From an uncultured Bacilli bacterium (GTDB lineage: Bacteria > Bacillota_I > Bacilli_A > RFN20 > CAG-288), in assembly GCA_934725685.1 (NCBI GenBank), contig CAKVBX010000003.1:4779-68778 (forward strand): 64,000 nucleotides of DNA. Direction: 5' to 3'. Under the pieces are notes generated by a model. It was given only the letters and a program-made list of their open reading frames with translations, searched no databases and was not told where the DNA came from. The translations under genes were made by a program, and so were the position numbers. Of this stretch, positions 1 to 9,028 are shown one piece after another. The number at the start of each line of letters is the position of its first letter. Within the stretch, counting starts at the first letter, position 1.

Positions 1-1
1 G

Positions 2-454
2 CCGCTCAGAAGCGACCTCTCCGGAACCTTATCGGATCGCAGGGCAGCACTCGTGGTTGCCATTGATACGTCTTTCAGCATGGATAAGGAAATGGTAGAG
101 AAAGCCTTAAACCAAATCATGAAACTGAAAACTGATCTCCGCTTTACGATGACTTTGATTCAGTGCGACAGCAAGATTCAGGAAGTACGCCAAATCAGGA
201 CTGGGAAAGACCTTCCGACTCTCGTCAAAGGACGCGGCGGTACCGCTTTCACACCGGTCATCGAATATCTCAACAGCCACAAGGAATATCATGGGGCGAT
301 TCTCGTCTATTTCACAGATGGCTACGGAGAACATTCGATTCCGAAACCATTGTTAAAGAAGGTGCTTTGGGTGATTATCGGAAGGCAAGCGAAGATATCC
401 TTGACGCAGCCTTATGGCATCGTGCTTGCTGCCGAAAATGAAAAGGAAGAATAA
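2..454 (+). CDS. VWA-like domain protein (DUF2201-type), C-terminal part; 5' end lies outside the window
   Basis: The frame is open from nt 2 (PLRSDLSGTLSDRRAALVVAIDTSFSM...), so the start at 53 in the ORF track is an edge artefact. DxSxS-like motif, GGTAF and YFTDGYG are typical of VWA-like domains. Confidence 0.6.
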   Translation, partial: PLRSDLSGTLSDRRAALVVAIDTSFSMDKEMVEKALNQIMKLKTDLRFTMTLIQCDSKIQEVRQIRTGKDLPTLVKGRGGTAFTPVIEYLNSHKEYHGAILVYFTDGYGEHSIPKPLLKKVLWVIIGRQAKISLTQPYGIVLAAENEKEE

Positions 455-514
455 CGATTGTCCTTGCTAAAGCAAGAGAAAAGGCCATGGTGATTCATGA
501 CCTTTTTGGTCGAT

Positions 515-1366
515 TTATTTTCCGTCGTTGATATAGAGGATGCCGAGGCAGTGGGGACCGCAGTGGCAGGAGATAGTACCGCCGGCATGGGTCGGAATGA
601 TTTCCCGGAAGCCACGCTCCGAAAGACGGGCTCTTACGGCTTCGACGACCTCGTCGGGTGCCGTGGAATAGGTGATGAAGACACGGCTCAGATCCGGATG
701 GTCGAATTTGAGAAGCGTGTTGTCGACATATTCGAGAACGACCTTTTTCATCGGACCGCGGTACTTTTTGCCCGAGGTCATCTTCCCGGTGTCGGTGTGG
801 ACGAAGATTTCCGGCTTGATGTGAAGCAGGTTGGCACCGAGCATAGAAAGCATCGAGCAGCGTCCTCCCTTATAAAGGTAGTTGACACTCTCCAGGGAGA
901 AGGAAGCCTGAACATCCGGTACCCTCTTGAGGCATGCCTCATAGATTTCGCGTGCGCTCAGTCCCTGATTGGCGAGTTCTCTTGCATAGGTGGCAAGTAA
1001 TGCAATACCGGTAGAGAGGGATTTGGTGTCAATGACATAGACATCCTTGAACTCTTCCTTGACCTTCATGGCATTGGAGCAGGCAGAGGAGATACCGCTG
1101 GAGAGGGAAAAATGGACGATGGCATCATATCCCATTTCCTTCAGCTGTCGGAAATGCTCCCGGTACTGAAATTCGTTGACGGCGCTCGTCTTGGGAAGCT
1201 GACCGGTCTTTTCGGTGAACTCGAAAAGCTTTTCTGGAAGTATTTCACCATCCATGGCCGTTTCCTCTCCCATAATCAGGGTAAAAGGCAGGGTATGGAT
1301 GTCAAACCGTTCGAGCTGATTTTTCGGCAAGTCAATTGTGCTTTCGGCAGAAATGGCTATTTTCAT
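515..1366 (-). CDS. DegV family fatty-acid-binding protein
   Basis: 283 aa from ATG 1366, with GAGGA 8 nt upstream. MKIAISAESTIDLP... and the overall sequence look DegV-like. The longer track ORF (to 1393) has no SD. Confidence 0.8.
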   Translation of the reverse strand: MKIAISAESTIDLPKNQLERFDIHTLPFTLIMGEETAMDGEILPEKLFEFTEKTGQLPKTSAVNEFQYREHFRQLKEMGYDAIVHFSLSSGISSACSNAMKVKEEFKDVYVIDTKSLSTGIALLATYARELANQGLSAREIYEACLKRVPDVQASFSLESVNYLYKGGRCSMLSMLGANLLHIKPEIFVHTDTGKMTSGKKYRGPMKKVVLEYVDNTLLKFDHPDLSRVFITYSTAPDEVVEAVRARLSERGFREIIPTHAGGTISCHCGPHCLGILYINDGK

Positions 1367-1439
1367 GAACGTTTTCCTCATTTCGCTTATCATTATAGCG
1401 AATCAGCAACTTGGAAGAAACTGAAAATTTACAGAAAAT

Positions 1440-2909
1440 TCATTCTGTAACATCGATTCTTCGAGTCAGTGTTTTTCTGAGATTATCGGATTTGCTTTCT
1501 TCGATTTGGTCGAGCCCTTCTGCAATGGCGGCCATGACGGAGTAAAGAAGGGCAGGGCCGATATTGAAAAAGTGGCAGTCTACGGCGGAACAACCAAGGA
1601 AGAGCAAATAGAAGAAGAATACGAAGAGTTTCTCTGTCGTCAGTCTGCGGAAGATGAGGATGGCGGATTCGAACCGGTGATAAAGATAGGCGAGTAATCC
1701 GATGATGCCGGTAGATGAGAGAAGCTGGATATAGGTATTGTGCATCCTTAATGGCATGAAATCAGTCAGGAAAAAATTCATCCGGTAACTATCGGGAAGA
1801 CGGTAGTAACCGCCGCCAAGAATCGGATTTTCTCGGAAGTAGGAAATGCCATAGGTCCAGAGTTCCAGACGCCCGGATGCGAGTTTTTCCAGGGTGAGAT
1901 GCTTCAATGTGCTGATGACATAGTCCATGATGGAGGGGAAGCGGAGCCTGAGAAGGAACAAAATCAGGACGGAACAGAGAAGGGCTCCGAGGAAGGTGAG
2001 AAGATATTGTAAGGGTTGTTTCCTTACGTGGACTAGGCCGGTGATAAAGAGGATGGTTTCGGTGAACACGGCGACAAGAAGACTTCCTCTCGATTCTGTT
2101 AGAGACACCATCGTGAGAAAGAAAAGATTTAGAAGAAGATAGAAGGGCATTCGTTTTTTCTTCAGGGCGAGGTAGAACGGCCCTACGATGGAGAGGGCGA
2201 GCATGCCGCCGATATTGTTCTTGATTCCCCATCCGGTACGGATCAGTCCGCCCTGAAATGTTCCGTTGGGAAGGTTGTCAAAATGGGTGATGTAGATGAC
2301 AACCAGCTCGCCTGAGAGGAGAAGGCCGAGGGCGACGAGAAGATGGGCGAAATAGTCTTTTCTTAGGGTTGTGTAATCCACAAGGTAGTAGGACAGAAGG
2401 AACGGAACAAGATAGGAGAAGGAAACTAAGAGACCGTATTCTGCGTTCTTGAGCGAATAATAGGGGCTGAAGAGACCACCGAGAGGGAAAATGAGAGCGA
2501 GAAGCAGATAGCCGATCAACAGTTTCGGCCGTGGATGATGCTCTTTTCTGATGACACCATACAGGATTCTGGAAAGCGTGATCAGAAAAATCAAGGTAAT
2601 GAGTGCAATGAGGTGGGGAAAGTTTTCTTTGCGGAAGAGGGTGACACCGATTTCTCCTTGATTGGTTTTCAGTGATACCGAAAAATAACCGAAGAAGACC
2701 GGCGCCAGAAAGGATTTCATATCCTCACAGAACAGAGCGGGTAGAAGTAGACCGAAGAAAACGTAGAAATAATAGACCGGAATTTCGAAAGAGAAGACCT
2801 CGCTGACAAACGTCATGAATGCCATGAGATAGATGTAGGACAACGAGGAATAGAACCGGTTGACGAGGCGAAAAAACGGGTATTTCTTAAGGAAGTTATT
2901 GTAAAGCAT
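1440..2909 (-). CDS. O-antigen ligase (Wzy_C/RfaL)-like polytopic membrane protein
   Basis: 489 aa with many TM segments. Contains an ...ESRGSLL... loop and RMHNTYIQLLSSTGIIGLLAYLYH, typical of the O-antigen ligase family. Confidence 0.7.
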   Translation of the reverse strand: MLYNNFLKKYPFFRLVNRFYSSLSYIYLMAFMTFVSEVFSFEIPVYYFYVFFGLLLPALFCEDMKSFLAPVFFGYFSVSLKTNQGEIGVTLFRKENFPHLIALITLIFLITLSRILYGVIRKEHHPRPKLLIGYLLLALIFPLGGLFSPYYSLKNAEYGLLVSFSYLVPFLLSYYLVDYTTLRKDYFAHLLVALGLLLSGELVVIYITHFDNLPNGTFQGGLIRTGWGIKNNIGGMLALSIVGPFYLALKKKRMPFYLLLNLFFLTMVSLTESRGSLLVAVFTETILFITGLVHVRKQPLQYLLTFLGALLCSVLILFLLRLRFPSIMDYVISTLKHLTLEKLASGRLELWTYGISYFRENPILGGGYYRLPDSYRMNFFLTDFMPLRMHNTYIQLLSSTGIIGLLAYLYHRFESAILIFRRLTTEKLFVFFFYLLFLGCSAVDCHFFNIGPALLYSVMAAIAEGLDQIEESKSDNLRKTLTRRIDVTE

Positions 2910-2915
2910 ACGAAC

Positions 2916-2944
2916 ATTATAGAGAAGTTATTTTCTCGTTTCAA
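2916..2944 (-). promoter_or_regulatory. sigmaA-type promoter: TTGAAA, 17 nt, TATAAT, ending 6 nt before the ATG at 2909
   Basis: Minus strand reads cagccagTTGAAAcgagaaaataacttctcTATAATgttcgtATG. There is no SD between the -10 box and the ATG. Confidence 0.55.
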
Positions 2945-3014
2945 CTGGCTGAAAAAGGGCAGAAAATCAATTGATTTTTTCTTTTCCGAAAAAGTGGTTG
3001 CATCAATAGGAAAA

Positions 3015-3059
3015 CAAGAAAAAAGCCGGTTTTCGCAATTTAAGTGCTAAAAATCGGCT
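3015..3059 (-). terminator. Rho-independent terminator downstream of the GNAT gene
   Basis: Minus strand AGCCGATTTT...AAAACCGGCT stem (9/10 bp) followed by TTTTTTC. Confidence 0.6.
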
Positions 3060-3091
3060 AAAAAATATTTTTTACGAAACGGTGGTAACGG

Positions 3092-3364
3092 CTAATTTGC
3101 TTTATAGAATGCATCCGGATTTTTCTCGAAATAATGCTTCGCATAGGAGCAGGTTGCCCTGACCGTCAATCCGTTCTTTTTGGCGTGGGCAAGAACCGAT
3201 TCCACAAGCTCTTTTGCAATCCCCATTCCCCGGAGGGAGTCATCGACAAACGTATGGGTGATTGTGATTTCGTTCTCTCCCGTCATCGGGAAATCAATCT
3301 CTGCGAGGAGATCGTCTTTTTCGTTTTTGTAGAGAATCCGATCTTCCAGATAATATTTTTCCAT
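3092..3364 (-). CDS. Small GNAT-family N-acetyltransferase (YjdJ-like)
   Basis: 90 aa from ATG 3364, with GGGAGGTG 7 nt upstream. ...THTFVDDSLRGMGIAKELV... resembles an acetyl-CoA binding motif. The track ORF to 3451 is an upstream extension. Confidence 0.7.
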   Translation of the reverse strand: MEKYYLEDRILYKNEKDDLLAEIDFPMTGENEITITHTFVDDSLRGMGIAKELVESVLAHAKKNGLTVRATCSYAKHYFEKNPDAFYKAN

Positions 3365-3763
3365 GAGTGTCACCTCCCTAGAGATAGAATAACAACAAAG
3401 CGCTGGTTCTTCAAGAGAAGTGACAACAAATTGATGTAGTTCCTGCGCCACGGTGCAACGGGTTTTCTCGATTATGAAAAGTATGGTGCCATTTGTTGTG
3501 TGTGTGGGTTCTCAAGGGGATAAGGCTGAAATTAAGAGGTAAAGTTCATCGAACGTGTACCTATTGCAAGGCATTGGTGATGAAAAGGATGCGATTTCAG
3601 AAGAAGCAGGCTACGCCATGTTTTTTCGATAGCAATCAATTTTGGTTGAGTGAATACGGCTTTTCTTTGAAACAGAACGCAAAGCGATGATAAGCACCGC
3701 AACAATGGCTAACACTTGAATGGAGGAAAAAGATTTGGAGTGTGCTGTTTCGCTTGCATTATG

Positions 3764-3802
3764 TTTTCAAAAAAGCAAAATGGCCTGGCAATTGCCAGGC
3801 CA
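3764..3802 (-). terminator. Rho-independent terminator after tRNA-His (end of the rpsD-tRNA transcript)
   Basis: Perfect palindrome GGCCTGGCAATTGCCAGGCC (3782-3801), followed on the minus strand by TTTTGCTTTTTTG. Confidence 0.75.
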
Positions 3803-3814
3803 CATTTCAATCAA

Positions 3815-3891
3815 TGGGGCGGATAGTGGGAATCGAACCCATGCATGAGCGGTTCACAGCCGCTTGTGTTAACCTCTTCACCATATCCGCC
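3815..3891 (-). tRNA. tRNA-His (anticodon GTG), with encoded G-1 and CCA
   Basis: Minus strand G-GCGGATA...AGCGG-CTGTGAA-CCGCT...TTCGATT...TATCCGC-C-CCA. The anticodon loop shows GTG. The extra 5' G opposite C73 is the His identity hallmark. Confidence 0.9.
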
Positions 3892-3932
3892 ATGTAAGCC
3901 GACCCATAAGGGCCGGCAGGACAACAATTAGA

Positions 3933-4544
3933 TTACAGCTTTCTGTTGTAGAATTCAATAACCTGAGCTTCATCAATCTCAGAAGTGAGTTCGGATCTCT
4001 CAGGATAACGGACATAAGTGCCCTCGAGCTTGTTGGCATCGACGGTGACGAAACCGAGGATGGCAGGCTTAGATTCAACAACTTCACGGACAATCTTCAG
4101 ATTCTTGGAAGCTTCCTTAAAGGAAATGACATCGTTGATGGAAACGATGTAGGAAGGAATATCGACCTTCTTGCCATTGACGGTGACATGACCATGGGTG
4201 ACAAGCTGTCTGGCCTGTCTTCTGGTCTTGGCGAAGCCCATACGGAAGACAAGGTTGTCAAGACGGGATTCGAGAAGCTGGAAGAGAGCGAGACCGGTGG
4301 ATTTTTCCTTGTCAGCCTTAGCGATAAGGAAGAATCTTCTGAACTGCTTTTCAGAAAGGCCGTAGGTGAATCTAAGCTTCTGCTTTTCAGCGAGCTGAGT
4401 TCCGTATTCGGTCTTCTTCTTGGCACGGGCATCGCCGTGCTGTCCAGGAACAGTCTGACGCTTTGCAAGCTCTTCACCTGTTCCTAAAACGGAATAACCT
4501 AATCTTCTGGAGATTCTCCAGGCAGGTCCTGTGTAACGTGACAT
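3933..4544 (-). CDS. rpsD: 30S ribosomal protein S4
   Basis: MSRYTGPAWRISRRLGYS... from ATG 4544, with AGGAGA 7 nt upstream. Confidence 0.95.
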   Translation of the reverse strand: MSRYTGPAWRISRRLGYSVLGTGEELAKRQTVPGQHGDARAKKKTEYGTQLAEKQKLRFTYGLSEKQFRRFFLIAKADKEKSTGLALFQLLESRLDNLVFRMGFAKTRRQARQLVTHGHVTVNGKKVDIPSYIVSINDVISFKEASKNLKIVREVVESKPAILGFVTVDANKLEGTYVRYPERSELTSEIDEAQVIEFYNRKL

Positions 4545-4692
4545 TTGCAATTTCTCCTTTGTTTAGTTACTGGCATAACATAAGAGCGTAAGTCCATCGA
4601 TTCCGGATGATCGTTGTTCACCTTTGTAGCAAGGCTACTTTAGTCAGCGTCATCAGACAAATCGCTACTTGCGTGCTACGCATGCGAAAGAT

Positions 4693-4721
4693 ACTATACC
4701 AAACGGGCGGAGCATTTTCAA
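4693..4721 (-). promoter_or_regulatory. rpsD promoter: TTGAAA, 17 nt, TATAGT, followed by a ~140-nt structured leader
   Basis: Minus strand TTGAAAatgctccgcccgtttggTATAGT. The leader (4545-4686) contains hairpins GCGT-AGC-ACGC and GTAGC-CTT-GCTAC. Confidence 0.55.
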
Positions 4722-4853
4722 GAAATTTTTTCTGAATTTATCAATCCCCGTTCTCCGTATCTCACTTTTCACCTTTGACTATTTCTATTCCCAACCTATC
4801 CCGCCTTTCCTTGCTTTTCTAGAGGAAACGACTGCAAGAAAATTCTTCCCTGA

Positions 4854-4882
4854 TTGCATTATAAATGGTTTCTAACTATAAT
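4854..4882 (+). promoter_or_regulatory. leuS promoter: TTGCAT, 17 nt, TATAAT
   Basis: TTGCAT at 4854-4859 and TATAAT at 4877-4882. The ATG is only ~30 nt downstream, preceded by AAGGAG. Confidence 0.6.
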
Positions 4883-4911
4883 TTATCTGTTTAATCTAAG
4901 GAGATTTTTCT

Positions 4912-7323
4912 ATGGGATATGACTTTAAATCAATCGAAGAAAAATGGGAAAAAGTCTGGGAGGAACAGAAAGCCTTCCGTACCGATGCCCATGACTTCTC
5001 TAAGCCGAAGTTCTTCGTCATGGATATGTTCCCTTATCCGAGTGCCGTCGGACTTCATGTCGGACATGTCGAAGGATATACGGCAACAGACGCCTTGGCC
5101 AGAATGAAAAGAATGCAGGGATTCAACGTCCTTCATCCAATTGGCTATGATGCCTTCGGCCTACCGGCGGAACAGTTCGCCATCAAGAATAACAAGAACC
5201 CTGGCCCTTATACTGATCAGAACATCGACAATTTCCGCACTCAGCTGAAGAGGCTCGGGTTTTCCTATGACTGGGATAGAGAAATCAAGACGACCGATCC
5301 TAGCTATTACAAATGGACGCAGTGGATTTTTCTCAAGCTCTATGAGAAAGGCTTAGCCTATGAGGATTACCGTCTTGTCAACTGGTGTCCGGCTTTAGGT
5401 ACCGTCCTTGCCAACGAGGAAGTTATCGACGGCAAGAGCGAAAGAGGCGGATTCCCTGTCGAGAGAAGACCGATGAAGCAGTGGGTTCTCAAGATCACCG
5501 CTTATGCGGACAAACTGCTTGATGGTTTAGATAAAATCGACTGGCCTGCTTCCACTCTCGCCATGCAGAGAAACTGGATTGGCAAGAGCAAGGGTACAGT
5601 CGTATGCTTCCCGGTCAAGGATTCCGATAAGACCGTCGAAGTCTTTACCACGCGTGCCGATACGCTTTTCGGTTGCACTTATGTCGTTCTTGCGCCAGAA
5701 CATCCTTTTGTCAAGGAATTGACCACAGAGGGACAGAAGGAGGCGGTTGACGCCTATCTGAAACTTGTCGCTTCGAAATCCGATCAGGAAAGAACGGATG
5801 GAAGCAAAGAGAAGACTGGTGTCTTCCTTGGCAGTTATGCCATCAACCCAATCAATGGCAAGGTCGTCCCAATCTATATCGGCGACTATGTCTTGGCCAC
5901 CTACGGAAGCGGCGCCGTCATGGGGGTTCCGACTCACGATCAGCGTGATTATGATTTTGCTAAGAAACACAATATCGAAATGATTCAGGTCATCGAAGGG
6001 GATTGCTCCTCTTCGGCCTATGAAGGCGACGGAAAGCACATCAATTCCGATTTTGCCAATGGCATGAACAATAAGGATGCCAAAAAAGCCATCACGGAAA
6101 AGCTCATCGAAATCGGTAAAGGCCGCTATCAGGTCAATTACAAACTCAGAGACTGGCTCTTCTCCCGTCAGCGTTATTGGGGCGAACCGATTCCTGTCAT
6201 CCACATGGAAGACGGAACGACAAGACCCGTGCCGTATGATCAGCTCCCGCTCACATTGCCGGAAATGAAGGACTATAAGCCCGCCGGAGATGGACAGCCC
6301 CCGCTTTCCAAGGAAAAGGAATGGCTCGAAGTCAAAATCGACGGCAAGAAGGGACTCCGTGAAACCAACACCATGCCGCAGTGGGCCGGTTCCTCCTGGT
6401 ACTATGCCAGATACATCGATCCGCACAATGACAAGGCCATCGGCGATAAGGAACTTCTTGATCATTGGCTCCCTGTCGATGTCTATGTCGGCGGTGCCGA
6501 ACATGCCGTCTTACATCTGCTCTATGCCAGATTCTGGCATAAGTTCCTCCACGACCAAGGAATCTTCAAGTCGGACGAACCATTCCAGAAACTTTACCAT
6601 CAGGGCCTTGTTTTAGGACCGGACGGTCAGAAGATGTCCAAATCCCTGGGCAATACCGTCTCTCCTGACGATGTCATCCGGGAATATGGTGCCGACAGTC
6701 TCCGACTCTATGAAATGTTCAAGGGGCCTGTCGATCAGTCGATGCCTTGGTCCAATGACGGCCCGAGAGCCGCCAAGCGTTTCCTCGACAAGTTCTATCG
6801 TCTCTATTCCGATCCGGAATTCACGAAGAAAATCACGAATGAGGATAATCCGGAACTCGATTTCATCTATCATGCCACCGTCAAGAAATGCACCAATGAC
6901 TATGAAATCCTCCACTACAACACCGGTATTTCTCAGCTCATGGTCTGCATCTCTGAGTTCTATAAGGCAGAAAAACTCCCGAAGACTATGCTCTTAGGCT
7001 TGGCTCAGCTCCTTTCTCCAATCTGCCCTCATATCGCACAGGAGTGCTATACGCTCTTAGGCTATGACGGTCTCATCGACTATGTGAAATGGCCGAGCTT
7101 TGATGAGGGAAAGATGAACAACAGACCGGTCACTTATGCCGTTCAGGTCAACGGCAAGCTCCGTGCCACCATCGAATGGAAGAAGGACTGCTCCGACGAA
7201 GAACTCGAAGAACTCAAGAAGACCGCTCTTAACGATAGCCGTGTCCTTCCGTTCCTGGAAGGGAAGCAAGTGGTCAAAGTCATCGCTGTCCGTAATAAAA
7301 TCGTTTCCATCGTCATCAAATGA
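4912..7323 (+). CDS. leuS: Leucine--tRNA ligase
   Basis: 803 aa. HVGH (HIGH) motif in [16 protein letters not shown] and KMSKS motif (QKMSKSLGN). Confidence 0.97.
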   Translation: MGYDFKSIEEKWEKVWEEQKAFRTDAHDFSKPKFFVMDMFPYPSAVGLHVGHVEGYTATDALARMKRMQGFNVLHPIGYDAFGLPAEQFAIKNNKNPGPYTDQNIDNFRTQLKRLGFSYDWDREIKTTDPSYYKWTQWIFLKLYEKGLAYEDYRLVNWCPALGTVLANEEVIDGKSERGGFPVERRPMKQWVLKITAYADKLLDGLDKIDWPASTLAMQRNWIGKSKGTVVCFPVKDSDKTVEVFTTRADTLFGCTYVVLAPEHPFVKELTTEGQKEAVDAYLKLVASKSDQERTDGSKEKTGVFLGSYAINPINGKVVPIYIGDYVLATYGSGAVMGVPTHDQRDYDFAKKHNIEMIQVIEGDCSSSAYEGDGKHINSDFANGMNNKDAKKAITEKLIEIGKGRYQVNYKLRDWLFSRQRYWGEPIPVIHMEDGTTRPVPYDQLPLTLPEMKDYKPAGDGQPPLSKEKEWLEVKIDGKKGLRETNTMPQWAGSSWYYARYIDPHNDKAIGDKELLDHWLPVDVYVGGAEHAVLHLLYARFWHKFLHDQGIFKSDEPFQKLYHQGLVLGPDGQKMSKSLGNTVSPDDVIREYGADSLRLYEMFKGPVDQSMPWSNDGPRAAKRFLDKFYRLYSDPEFTKKITNEDNPELDFIYHATVKKCTNDYEILHYNTGISQLMVCISEFYKAEKLPKTMLLGLAQLLSPICPHIAQECYTLLGYDGLIDYVKWPSFDEGKMNNRPVTYAVQVNGKLRATIEWKKDCSDEELEELKKTALNDSRVLPFLEGKQVVKVIAVRNKIVSIVIK

Positions 7324-7330
7324 TTATGAA

Positions 7331-7359
7331 AAGTGCCGGTTTCAAAACCGGCACTTTTT
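7331..7359 (+). terminator. leuS rho-independent terminator
   Basis: GTGCCGGTT-TCAA-AACCGGCAC followed by TTTTTA. Confidence 0.8.
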
Positions 7360-7609
7360 AGTGCAGTTCTTTGCAGAATCCGTCATATTAAATGCTTTTG
7401 TCGAATTTTTTTGAAAAAGGTAATGAAATTATTGACTTTTTATAGAAACGCAATTAGCATTTAGACAATAAGAAATGAGGCAATCGATAGGAAACACACT
7501 CTCGATTCCTCTTACGACCTCTTTCTGAAGCTGTGTCAGCCGAGCGTTCTGAATCGTTGAAGAAGATGAATTACAATAAACGGAATGTAAAGCGAAAACG
7601 GAGGAACCT

Positions 7610-8941
7610 ATGAAAAAATCCGCGTTGCTGTTCCTGATTCCCTTTCTTCTCCTTCCCTCCTGTGGCAAGGAGAAACCCAATCCGTCTTTTGACGGTAACT
7701 ATTTCCGTTATCCGGAGCCGAAATACAAAGTGCTAAACTACGGAGAATCCATCGTCATCGACTTCGAAAAGGAGCTTTTCAGCGATGGTACGATGTCTAC
7801 CATCTATGAGGAACGGATTCCAGTCAAGGAAAAATATGATTCTATCGGTATTGCCGAATTTCCTGGCACCACTGATGCTTCCTTTATCCAAGTGAAGCAG
7901 TTATCTCCCTTCAAATATAGATTCACAAATCGAAATACGACGGAGGACTGCCTCAAATATGGTCCTCGGACTTATTTCTATAACAAGAAGTCGAATACTT
8001 ATGGATCGGCGGAAATGGCTTTCCATCTCTTTTTCCAACCGAAAGAAGAATCGATAGTGAAAATCAGCAACCTAAAGGATTTTGAAAAAATCAGGATGAG
8101 ATCTTCCGTCCGTTTGTGTGCTGATATTGATATGACGGATTACAACAAAATGAAACAACAGCTTATCGATACAGACGGTAAAGGGACTTTTTCTGGATGT
8201 TTTTTGAATCCTGACCACCATGTCATCAGGAATTGGACCCTTGATGATGACGGCAGCTGGCATGGCGGCCTTTTCGATTCTGTTATCTGTGCAGTTTTTG
8301 ACTCACTGGTTTTTGAAAACATTTCCTATCAATGCCTTGAAAAACCTAAATTCGATTTTGGGCTGATTTCACGGACAAGTGAAGAAAGTCATTATCAAAA
8401 CATCATTATCAGAAACTTAAACTGTGAAGTTTTGGGTGGGTCGATAGGAAGCCTGATTGGCTCCAGCTATCAGGATAGTTATACCGGTTGCGATATCGAA
8501 TCTACCATAATCAATCATGGAAAAGGAACAAAGCTTGCTTCCGACCATCAGGTAGGAGGCCTGGCCGCCAAGTATTCGTTGATTTATGACAATTATTGCT
8601 ATCCCTGGACTGAGGAAAAATCGTTCCGTGAATACTTCCGAAAATTCCGCGATAATTATCCGAAGGAGGAAGCCTGCCGATTGGCAGAAGAAGAAATTGA
8701 CCGCTATGCGTATCGATACAGCATCAAAAACAATAGGCTTAAGGTACATTTGAAAAGCCCAGGTTATTGTGCAGGCGGCCTTTTCGGAACGGCTCCTATG
8801 ATTCACTATTCGGATACCAACATCGTCGAAGGCTCCATCGAAGGATATCGTTCCGGAACCTACCGTGGCACCAGTGAGTGGCAGTGGTATTACTATGAAC
8901 GCACCAACAGTTTTGTACCAGATAGGGATGCTGGTGAATGA
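7610..8941 (+). CDS. Putative surface lipoprotein of unknown function (GGL-type, GLUG-like motifs)
   Basis: Signal peptide MKKSALLFLIPFLLLPSCGKE with a lipobox Cys; SD GGAGG upstream. Repeated HGGLF, VGGLA and AGGLFG motifs. No recognisable enzyme motif. Confidence 0.6.
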   Translation: MKKSALLFLIPFLLLPSCGKEKPNPSFDGNYFRYPEPKYKVLNYGESIVIDFEKELFSDGTMSTIYEERIPVKEKYDSIGIAEFPGTTDASFIQVKQLSPFKYRFTNRNTTEDCLKYGPRTYFYNKKSNTYGSAEMAFHLFFQPKEESIVKISNLKDFEKIRMRSSVRLCADIDMTDYNKMKQQLIDTDGKGTFSGCFLNPDHHVIRNWTLDDDGSWHGGLFDSVICAVFDSLVFENISYQCLEKPKFDFGLISRTSEESHYQNIIIRNLNCEVLGGSIGSLIGSSYQDSYTGCDIESTIINHGKGTKLASDHQVGGLAAKYSLIYDNYCYPWTEEKSFREYFRKFRDNYPKEEACRLAEEEIDRYAYRYSIKNNRLKVHLKSPGYCAGGLFGTAPMIHYSDTNIVEGSIEGYRSGTYRGTSEWQWYYYERTNSFVPDRDAGE

Positions 8942-8977
8942 GAGGCTGTCCCTCCACTCTTGAAAAAATCCGGACTC

Positions 8978-9008
8978 AAAACAGTCGGCTAGAAAAGCCG
9001 ACTGTTTT
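8978..9008. terminator. Bidirectional terminator between the lipoprotein gene and pepC
   Basis: AAAACAGTCGGCT-AGAA-AAGCCGACTGTTTT, with A/T runs on both sides. Confidence 0.75.
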
Positions 9009-9028
9009 CGTTGATTTTCAGTTTTCCC

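Noticed and set aside
3493-3690. 65-aa plus-strand ORF in the gap between the GNAT gene and tRNA-His
   Set aside because: It has a non-ATG start, no SD, and a basic low-complexity sequence with no recognisable motif. It is probably non-coding promoter or spacer DNA.
3640-3745. Small minus-strand ORF (V)LAIVAVLIIALRSVSKKSRIHSTKIDCYRKNMA, reminiscent of a type I toxin (TM helix plus a basic tail)
   Set aside because: It has only a GTG start, no SD (the upstream sequence is the complement of an SD) and no visible antisense RNA partner. It lies just downstream of a terminator. That is too weak to call.
5527-6504. Long antisense ORFs inside leuS, and similar ones at 9011-9721, 9953-10585, 21728-22573, 23549-24262, 37865-38302, 52568-53575 and 34139-35098
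   Set aside because: All lie opposite strongly recognisable genes, lack SDs and have low-complexity composition.
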